A stretch of 16,998 nucleotides of DNA from Dubosiella newyorkensis (GTDB taxonomy: Bacteria; Bacillota_I; Bacilli_A; Erysipelotrichales; Erysipelotrichaceae). Below the pieces are notes generated by a model. That model was not told the DNA's origin, ran no database searches, and worked only from the letters and a program-made list of their open reading frames with translations. Positions 8,660 to 15,211 of the stretch are shown one piece after another. Location: positions 1 to 16,998 of the forward strand of contig NZ_MPKA01000081.1 in assembly GCF_001945605.1 (NCBI RefSeq). The letters are read 5' to 3'. The stretch's first letter is position 1, and each line of letters opens with the position of its first letter. Position numbers and translations under genes: made by a program.

Positions 8660-9636
8660 AGACAGTAGCGATCGCGGGTGCGACTGGAGCGGTTGGGGCT
8701 CAAATGCTTGAATGTTTGAAGGAACGAAAGATTCCTGTCAACATCAAGCTTTTAGCGAGCGCTCGTTCGAAAGGCAAGATCATCGATGGTCTTGTGGTCG
8801 AAGAATTGAAAGAGGACTCGTTTGATGGTGTCGATTATGTGCTTGGCGCTTGTGAAAACGATGTGACAAAAAAGTGGATGCCTTGGGCGCAAAAGGCGGG
8901 TTGTGTTGTGGTGGATAATTCGAGCGCGTTTCGTTTAGAAGATGACGTCCCTTTGGTCGTTCCGGAAATCAATGCTCAAGATATTCAAAACAATCAAGGG
9001 ATCATCGCCAATCCAAATTGTTCGACGATCATCGCTCTTGTTGCGTGCGATGCTTTGAAAAAAGAGTTTGGGATCAAGCGGATGGTCGTGACGACGATGC
9101 AGGCTGTTTCAGGCGCTGGTGTCAAAGGAATTCATGATCTAGAGACGCAGATCATCGATCCAAACGCGCCTAGAGAAGCATTCCCCTATCAGATCGCATT
9201 CAACTTGATTCCTCAAATTGGCGATTTCGACGATCTTGGTATTTCTAAAGAAGAATGGAAAATGCAAAACGAAGGCCGCAAGATCTGGCACGATCCTGAT
9301 CTTTTGGTCAACTGCACGTGTGTGCGGGTGCCTGTTTTAAGAAGTCATTCGGAAAGCATTACTTTAGAGTGCGAAAAAGAAGTCGATGTCGAAAAGGCAA
9401 GAGAAGTCTTGAAAAGCGCGCTTGGCGTGCAGCTCAAAGACGATCCGCAAAACAAAGTGTATCCGATGCCGCTCGATACGACAAATCAAGATGATGTGTT
9501 TGTCGGCCGAATCCGCAAGGATATCACCGATCCGGAAGGAAAGACGTTATCCTTATTCTGCTGTGGAGACCAGATCCGTAAAGGCGCGGCCACGAATGCG
9601 GTGCAGATCTTAGAAAAGCTTCTCGAGCAAAACTAA
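8656..9636 (+). CDS. asd: aspartate-semialdehyde dehydrogenase
   Basis: MKTVAIAGATGAVG is the NAD(P)-binding motif and IANPNCSTIIAL carries the active-site Cys. QAVSGAG and SHSESI are also present. The start overlaps the lysC stop (ATGA). Confidence 0.95.
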   Translation: MKTVAIAGATGAVGAQMLECLKERKIPVNIKLLASARSKGKIIDGLVVEELKEDSFDGVDYVLGACENDVTKKWMPWAQKAGCVVVDNSSAFRLEDDVPLVVPEINAQDIQNNQGIIANPNCSTIIALVACDALKKEFGIKRMVVTTMQAVSGAGVKGIHDLETQIIDPNAPREAFPYQIAFNLIPQIGDFDDLGISKEEWKMQNEGRKIWHDPDLLVNCTCVRVPVLRSHSESITLECEKEVDVEKAREVLKSALGVQLKDDPQNKVYPMPLDTTNQDDVFVGRIRKDITDPEGKTLSLFCCGDQIRKGAATNAVQILEKLLEQN

Positions 9637-9637
9637 G

Positions 9638-10174
9638 ATGGCCTACATACGTAGCGCGAGAAAAGAGGACGCGAGCCGTCTTTCAGAGATCTACGCTCCT
9701 TATGTGGTTGAAACAGCCATTACTTTTGAGTATGAGATCCCTTCCCTAGCCGAGTTTGAAAAAAGAATCGAGACAACCAAAGAAACGTATCCGTACCTCG
9801 TGATCGAGGAAAACAGTGTCGTTCAAGGCTATGCGTATGCTAGCCCGCTAAAAGAAAGAGCCGCCTATGACTGGTCATGCGAACTGTCGATCTATTTGGA
9901 CAAGGGAGCGAAGCATAAAGGATATGGAAGAGCGCTCTATGAAGAACTTGAAAACAAATTAAAATCGATGGGGATCTTGAATTTGTATGCGTGTATCGGC
10001 TATCCGATCGTGGAAGACGAGTATTTGGATATGAACAGCGCGAAGTTTCACGCGCATCTAGGCTTTCAAAAAGTAGGGCATTTCCACTCATGTGGCTATA
10101 AATTCAATCGCTGGTACGATATGATCTGGATGGAGAAGATCATTGGCGATCATAAAAACAAGACCGAATGTTGA
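9638..10174 (+). CDS. GNAT-family N-acetyltransferase, phosphinothricin/methionine-sulfoximine acetyltransferase-like
   Basis: MAYIRSARKEDASRLSEIYAPYVVETAITFEYEIPSLAEFEKRI...KHKGYGRALYEELE shows the PAT/YwnH-like pattern with an acetyl-CoA binding motif. It starts 1 nt after the asd stop. Confidence 0.85.
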   Translation: MAYIRSARKEDASRLSEIYAPYVVETAITFEYEIPSLAEFEKRIETTKETYPYLVIEENSVVQGYAYASPLKERAAYDWSCELSIYLDKGAKHKGYGRALYEELENKLKSMGILNLYACIGYPIVEDEYLDMNSAKFHAHLGFQKVGHFHSCGYKFNRWYDMIWMEKIIGDHKNKTEC

Positions 10175-10196
10175 ATAGGACATCCGGTCTTTTTTG
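10160..10196 (+). terminator. intrinsic terminator closing the hom-lysC-asd-GNAT operon
   Basis: AAGACCGAATG-ttgaatagga-CATCCGGTCTT is an 11-bp stem with one mismatch, followed by TTTTTG. It overlaps the GNAT stop codon. Confidence 0.65.
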
Positions 10197-10260
10197 ATTG
10201 GATATGCAAGCTATCTCAAAAATGGGATCAATGATAAATTCATTTCATCTGCGAATACGC

Positions 10261-10431
10261 TTATTTTTTATCTCGTCTAAGAAAAAGATAAATCAAAATA
10301 CAAATCAATATCGCTGTTATCGCGATATAAAACCCTTTTTCCCATGAAGCAGGAATAATGGCATGTATGATCCATGAAAAAATCATCCCGATCAAGATTC
10401 CTAATAACATTGTCTTTACACTTTTATTCAT
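10261..10431 (-). CDS. small hydrophobic protein, 56 aa, two predicted TM helices (below the ORF-track cutoff)
   Basis: Hand translation gives MNKSVKTMLLGILIGMIFSWIIHAIIPASWEKGFYIAITAILICILIYLFLRRDKK*. A GAAAGGATGG RBS lies 7-8 nt upstream. I recognise no family. Confidence 0.45.
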   Translation of the reverse strand: MNKSVKTMLLGILIGMIFSWIIHAIIPASWEKGFYIAITAILICILIYLFLRRDKK

Positions 10432-10549
10432 AGCTATTCCATCCTTTCTTTATTATGAATATAATATAATGAAATTTATGTAAATTAAAGAAAATGAATT
10501 AGCTTCGAAATTAAAAAGTTTAAAAACTATGATTTTAACGGAAATAAAC

Positions 10550-10600
10550 AAGAAAAATACAATCAAGAACGCTTATAGCAGGGCCCCCTACAGCGCTTCT
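10550..10600 (-). terminator. possible terminator at the end of the peptide operon
   Basis: On the minus strand, directly after the lipoprotein stop, AGAAGCGCT...AAGCGTTCT forms an imperfect 8-9 bp stem with one bulge around a GGGCCC-containing loop. TGATTGTATTTTTCTT follows. The structure is imperfect. Confidence 0.35.
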
Positions 10601-11281
10601 TCAATCGTTTTGTTTACTGAGAACGTCTTTGATATCATCCGAAACGACAGAATCGTAAGAGAACACATTAGTTTCTTCTCTTTTAGTATCATCATTAAAC
10701 GTGAATTCACTTTCGATTTTTGAAATCTTATCTCCATCCGATTCGACTTGAATGAGCACTTCTTTTGGTTTTCCATCATCTTTGATTTCGCCTCGCGAGT
10801 AGGAGATTGTATACGTATCATCTTCCTTCTCCACTTTATACACTGAATTCAACTCCATTTTATGATCTTCATTTTCCTCGAACGCTTCGCCAAAGATTGA
10901 ATAGACAAAAATCGCTTTTTGGTTGGCAGGATCCTCGTTTTTTGAAATTTTGTCGTCTTCAATGACGAAAGATCCATTTTCTTCTATAGCTTCTCCTTGC
11001 AACAAGACACCGTCTTTCAAAATTGACCAACCATAATGTGGTGGTTCTGTTTCATTGAACGTCAACAAAGTGTAGTTTTTTTCTCCCTCTTCCCACGCAT
11101 TGAAATCCGTCCCTTTGGGATTAAGAGCATCCACATTCAAGATTGATTGATCGACGGATGAATCGATAACGCGGATGACTTCTTCTGCTGGATCGACCGA
11201 TTGGGGTTCTGTTCCTGTACTTGTACCACAACCTGACAACACGACTAAACTACCTAGAACACTAATCATTGTTTTTTTCAT
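10601..11281 (-). CDS. lipoprotein of unknown function
   Basis: MKKTMISVLGSLVVLSGCGTS is a signal peptide with an L-S-G-C lipobox. The mature part is acidic and soluble. The start ATG overlaps the ABC transporter stop (ATGA at 11278-11281). Confidence 0.8.
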   Translation of the reverse strand: MKKTMISVLGSLVVLSGCGTSTGTEPQSVDPAEEVIRVIDSSVDQSILNVDALNPKGTDFNAWEEGEKNYTLLTFNETEPPHYGWSILKDGVLLQGEAIEENGSFVIEDDKISKNEDPANQKAIFVYSIFGEAFEENEDHKMELNSVYKVEKEDDTYTISYSRGEIKDDGKPKEVLIQVESDGDKISKIESEFTFNDDTKREETNVFSYDSVVSDDIKDVLSKQND

Positions 11282-12903
11282 AGATTCTCCTTCTCCTCTT
11301 CATGCCTTATAGATATTTCTCCATCTACAAATTCTAATATCGATTCATCGTGGGATACTATAATAATGATTTTATCATGCTTCAAACATTTCAGAACTTC
11401 ATATAGTGCTAATTTGCTATTATTATCCAAATTATTTGTTGGTTCATCTAAAAGTATAATTGGTCTATTTGTATTCAAGTAGCCAAACACAGCAATTTTT
11501 TGTTGCTCTCCTCCTGATACTCCAGAAAAATTAAATTCTTTTCTACTAAGCAATTGTTTTATCTTAAATTTTTCAAAGAGATCTTCCGCATATTCATTTG
11601 CAAAATTTATATTACTGTCATTATTTTTCAATAAATATTTTAAATGTAATTTAGAAACATCTTGAAATAAATAACTTATATAATTTTTTCTATATCTATA
11701 ACAATCCAATTCAGATAATTCATAACAATCCAGTTTTAGTTCCCCTATATACTCTCCACTATTCAATCCTGAAATAATGTCTAAATAGGTAGATTTTCCT
11801 ATTCCATTATCACCTTTAATTAAATACAGATTACCTCTTTTCAATATATTATCTTCATACTTGATTAATTCAGAATCCGGTCTATATTGGAATGATAAAT
11901 TTTCTGTTCTAACTATGGGAGTATTTGTTGATAATTCAAATTTTTGCTTTGGGAATTCTTCTACTTCCAAACTTAACAATTTATCTATTCGCAAATAGCT
12001 AGCTTTTTGCTCCGCATGCGAATTCATAAAACCATAAATCGACTCCACGCTGCTCAAGAACATGTTCAAGTAGGTTATAGATGCTATAAAAAGTCCAATT
12101 GTCAAATTCCCATTGATAACTTTGATTCCTCCAATGATGAACAAGGTAATCTGGGGAATATATTTAGAGAGCATGATTATCTCCATCACTTGAACGGAAA
12201 CTTTTTGTTTTTTAAGCAAATTGTCTAATAGTTGTTCTTTTTTTTCGTTTACCGCATCAACAAGTTCTAAATCATGATGAAATTTCAAGTATTTCCAGTA
12301 ATTTAACCATTCGAATACTGAAGAATAATACTTTGTCTGTGAATTTAGATACGTTTTATTAGCAGCAGCAATTTTATCTTTATTAAGACAAAAATAAGCA
12401 AAATAGAGCAAGCCACTTAGTGTTGAAACAAATAATAAAATTAAATCTATTTTTATAATGATATACCCAAGAAACAATATCTGTATTATGGTTAAAATAA
12501 TTTGAATCACACTTTGATAAACAAAATTAATTAAAGCATTGCTATCATTCGTTATTTGCTGAATGGTTTCAGTTACATTCATTTTTTCCAAATATGATTT
12601 CTTACACATTAAAATGTGATTAATTATAGCTGAGATAAAATCATTAGATGAATTCAATTGTATATATGAACATATTTTCAAATTTATAGAATATAAAATG
12701 ACTGATATAATTTGCAACAAAGTTAATACAATTATAACTCTTACTAAGCTATGAACAGATCTATGTAAAGTTATAAAATCGACTATTTTACCATTTATAT
12801 ATGGAACTAATATAGATATCACCAAAGTGATACATTGGATACAGAAGTATAAAGATAGACTTTTCTTATATTTTTTCAAAAAAGAAAAAATAGTTTTATA
12901 CAT
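11278..12903 (-). CDS. ABC exporter, fused permease/ATPase (half transporter) without a C39 peptidase domain
   Basis: About 300 N-terminal residues hold multiple TM segments. They are followed by Walker A GDNGIGKST, Q-loop YLFQD, signature VSGGEQQK, Walker B ILLDEPTNNLD and H-loop VSHD. The start was set at ATG 12903 (MYKTIFSFLKKYKK; GAAAGG RBS 6 nt upstream). The ORF-track ATG at 12957 has no RBS and lies inside a 15-bp hairpin stem. Confidence 0.85.
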   Translation of the reverse strand: MYKTIFSFLKKYKKSLSLYFCIQCITLVISILVPYINGKIVDFITLHRSVHSLVRVIIVLTLLQIISVILYSINLKICSYIQLNSSNDFISAIINHILMCKKSYLEKMNVTETIQQITNDSNALINFVYQSVIQIILTIIQILFLGYIIIKIDLILLFVSTLSGLLYFAYFCLNKDKIAAANKTYLNSQTKYYSSVFEWLNYWKYLKFHHDLELVDAVNEKKEQLLDNLLKKQKVSVQVMEIIMLSKYIPQITLFIIGGIKVINGNLTIGLFIASITYLNMFLSSVESIYGFMNSHAEQKASYLRIDKLLSLEVEEFPKQKFELSTNTPIVRTENLSFQYRPDSELIKYEDNILKRGNLYLIKGDNGIGKSTYLDIISGLNSGEYIGELKLDCYELSELDCYRYRKNYISYLFQDVSKLHLKYLLKNNDSNINFANEYAEDLFEKFKIKQLLSRKEFNFSGVSGGEQQKIAVFGYLNTNRPIILLDEPTNNLDNNSKLALYEVLKCLKHDKIIIIVSHDESILEFVDGEISIRHEEEKENL

Positions 12904-12924
12904 AATCTGCCTTTCAGTCAAATA

Positions 12925-12960
12925 GTAATGGAAAAGAAGTATATGCTTCTTTTCCATTAC
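12925..12960 (-). terminator. perfect stem-loop between the precursor peptide gene and the ABC gene (candidate attenuator or mRNA-stabilising hairpin)
   Basis: GTAATGGAAAAGAAG-catata-CTTCTTTTCCATTAC has a 15-bp perfect stem and a 6-nt loop. It starts 7 nt after the peptide stop codon and is followed only by a weak U-tract (UAUUUG). Confidence 0.55.
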
Positions 12961-12967
12961 TCTAAAT

Positions 12968-13180
12968 TTAACTAAACAAATCAGAAATATTCATCATACC
13001 CGCTTTTGCTGCACAAGTAGCAGCACAGTTATTTGCGCAATTATAGCAAACTCCTGTGTTGGTATTATTACAGTTTGCATTACACTCAATTGAACATGTT
13101 CCTTTGCAAGCGTTTGCTCCGGTATTACAATTTAATCCACAACTAACATCGCATGTGGGGCAAGCATTTATAGAATTCAT
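12968..13180 (-). CDS. Cys-rich repeat peptide, 70 aa (candidate RiPP precursor)
   Basis: MNSINACPTCDVSCGLNCNTGANACKGTCSIECNANCNNTNTGVCYNCANNCAATCAAKAGMMNISDLFS has 12 Cys and 14 Asn. The ATG at 13180 is preceded by AAGGAGGA with a 4-5 nt spacer. It lies 13 nt downstream of the preceding gene's stop and next to the radical SAM/SPASM gene. Confidence 0.8.
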   Translation of the reverse strand: MNSINACPTCDVSCGLNCNTGANACKGTCSIECNANCNNTNTGVCYNCANNCAATCAAKAGMMNISDLFS

Positions 13181-13193
13181 AAAATCCTCCTTA

Positions 13194-13451
13194 TTAAATA
13201 TTAACAATTCGCTTGTTTTCAAAATCGACTTGTAGCTCATAATTCGAGTTTTCGAGATTTAATTCTTTAATTTTTTTTGACCACCAATTTGTATATTCTG
13301 CATTAATTTGAGAATATGTACTGATTAAATCTTTCATAAGATTCGCAGAAATCCCTTCGCTTTTAATTAAAGCCTCTAAAGCTAGCTTCTTTTCAAATAC
13401 ATTCTTGATAAATTCTAAATCTTCATCAGATAAGGCATATTCAATATTCAT
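13194..13451 (-). CDS. small acidic helical protein, 85 aa; candidate accessory or peptide-binding partner of the maturase
   Basis: MNIEYALSDEDLEFIKNVFEKKLALEALIKSEG...NWWSKKIKELNLENSNYELQVDFENKRIVNI sits between the maturase and the peptide with 20-nt and 13-nt gaps. An AAGGAGA RBS is about 10 nt upstream. It has no Cys and no TM segment. Confidence 0.65.
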   Translation of the reverse strand: MNIEYALSDEDLEFIKNVFEKKLALEALIKSEGISANLMKDLISTYSQINAEYTNWWSKKIKELNLENSNYELQVDFENKRIVNI

Positions 13452-13471
13452 CGTTCATTTATCTCCTTTTT

Positions 13472-15211
13472 TTACTCGTAGTAATATCTGTCTTCAACTG
13501 TTTTATCTAAGATATTTAAAATAGGATCCATTACTGGATTATCACTAATATGGATTGTGTTTGGAAAAACCTCGTTCAATATTCTTGCAGCAACAATTCT
13601 TTCTATGTTTGATTTTTTACATTGAAAAGAGGGAGAAACATTGTACTCACCACAATATCTTCTATTAAGAATCCTACAATTTCTACACTGACTTGCATTA
13701 CAATTTCTACATAACGGATTCTTAGTTTGAAATAACAGAATATTCTTTTCTGGTATTCCATCTTTATAGATTGATCCTATTGGATTTTCACCTTGCGAAT
13801 ATGAATAATGGCACGAGTAAATATTTCCATTTGGAGCTATAGCAATTGATTTATCACCTGGAGAGCAATCATTACTATTTCCATACAATAAATCAGATAA
13901 AACATTAATTTTCTTCTCTCTATTGGTACCTTCATATTGATGTTTAATAAAAATGGCGATTTGTTCAATCTGATCTTTATAAACAGCAAAATCAAATTCA
14001 CTATCAAATCCCAAAATATTTAATTCAATCTCATTACTGTGAAGAAAGATGACCCTGATATATTGGGCTAAATTTGATATTTGATTCTGCGAAATATTCA
14101 GAATAATCTTTTTACAAAATATTTCAGATTCGTTCAAATTTTTGACCTCATCACCCTCCAGAACTATCGAAAACAAATTAAAGGTATCTTTCATAGTAAT
14201 CGCTTTTTTAAAGGGTATAATGTGATGAATTGTATAATTTTCAAAAGACTTATCCAAAAAGACAGTTTCGTCCATTGAGCAATCATGAACAAGAAATATT
14301 TCGCTAAACCGATTTCTTGAATATTCTAAAGCATCGAATAAAGTTTCGTAAGACATCTTTATGTCTTCAGGTACTCTTCTTTTTTCTCCACAATAATCTA
14401 CATATTCGTTACTGAGAAGAATATATGTTTTGTTCTGCTGTTTTGGAATCTCCTCTCTAGCAATACCTTTTTGATTAAACAATCGACTGAAATAATAATC
14501 ATTAGCTCTAACTCTAGCCTTGTGCATATTACAAATATACTTAGCATGCGAAAATATAGTTTTAGAACTTGAATCATCATAATTGAAGCCTTGACAAAAA
14601 TCACATCCACGAGCTGCGGGACAGTTTTTACACTCGTCGTCTAACTGATCATTTTTTGTTGCCACTAAGAAAGGTCGAAGTCTTTCTTTATAAATTCCTT
14701 GTACCATATTCCCAATTCTAATTTCAGGATTTTTATCTAGCGAATAATCTTTGAATCTCATGCATGGATAAGTATATCCATCAGGACCAAAAGCCCTCAT
14801 TTTTCCCGATCCACAACTAGTAACACTCAAATCATCTTCGAGCAAATACCCTCCAATAGAATCCAAAAATAATGTGCAGTAGATTTTATCATAGAAGTTA
14901 TTTTCTATAATATAGTCGGCAAGCATTTTTAACTGTTCCTCAAAAATTAAATCATCACCTTCTTTCCATACATTTTCGAATACTACATTGGCTGATATAT
15001 GAGTAAATCCCAAATCAATTAGATGAACAATGCTTGAATACAGCAAAGGAAGATCGGCTGAAGAAAAAGTAACCTTTGTTCCTGGTACGTGATTTTTCAA
15101 GTATTCGGGAATCCCTTTAATGATCACATCATAAGAACCTGAACCGTCCTCGTACACGCGCATTAAATCATGCTTTTCTTTTGTTCCATCCAATGTAATT
15201 CCCAGAGACAC
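13472..15211 (-). CDS. radical SAM enzyme, C-terminal fragment with two SPASM-like Cys-rich modules
   Basis: It begins with VSLGITLDGTKEKHDLMR, the continuation of the rSAM barrel. The first module is CGSGKMRAFGPDGYTYPC...CKNCPAARGCDFC...C. The second is CSPGDKSIAIAPNGNIYSC...CRNCNASQCRNC...C...C. The GTG start at 15211 has no RBS and is probably not a real initiation site. Confidence 0.8.
   Translation of the reverse strand: MSLGITLDGTKEKHDLMRVYEDGSGSYDVIIKGIPEYLKNHVPGTKVTFSSADLPLLYSSIVHLIDLGFTHISANVVFENVWKEGDDLIFEEQLKMLADYIIENNFYDKIYCTLFLDSIGGYLLEDDLSVTSCGSGKMRAFGPDGYTYPCMRFKDYSLDKNPEIRIGNMVQGIYKERLRPFLVATKNDQLDDECKNCPAARGCDFCQGFNYDDSSSKTIFSHAKYICNMHKARVRANDYYFSRLFNQKGIAREEIPKQQNKTYILLSNEYVDYCGEKRRVPEDIKMSYETLFDALEYSRNRFSEIFLVHDCSMDETVFLDKSFENYTIHHIIPFKKAITMKDTFNLFSIVLEGDEVKNLNESEIFCKKIILNISQNQISNLAQYIRVIFLHSNEIELNILGFDSEFDFAVYKDQIEQIAIFIKHQYEGTNREKKINVLSDLLYGNSNDCSPGDKSIAIAPNGNIYSCHYSYSQGENPIGSIYKDGIPEKNILLFQTKNPLCRNCNASQCRNCRILNRRYCGEYNVSPSFQCKKSNIERIVAARILNEVFPNTIHISDNPVMDPILNILDKTVEDRYYYE

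Noticed and set aside
12904-12957. Upstream ATG (12957) extending the ABC transporter by 18 codons (MEKKHILLFHYYLTERQI)
   Set aside because: - There is no RBS.
- The codon sits within the 15-bp stem of the post-precursor hairpin.
- The ATG at 12903 has a GAAAGG RBS and gives a typical ABC N-terminus.
12968-13180. Reading the 12-Cys peptide as a metallothionein or ferredoxin-like metal-binding protein rather than a RiPP precursor
   Set aside because: - This reading is not excluded.
- It is less parsimonious, because the peptide is operonic with a radical SAM/SPASM enzyme and a dedicated exporter.
- The Cys spacing does not match the CX2CX2CX3CP ferredoxin motif.
- It is kept as an alternative to test.
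12968-13240. 90-aa version of the Cys-rich ORF (start MSYKSILKTSELLIFNKEDF...), which would give the peptide a 26-residue N-terminal leader
   Set aside because: - The ATG at 13240 has no Shine-Dalgarno sequence and lies inside the preceding 85-aa gene.
- The internal ATG at 13180 follows that gene's TAA and a perfect AAGGAGGA at ideal spacing.
- The longer form cannot be excluded without expression data.
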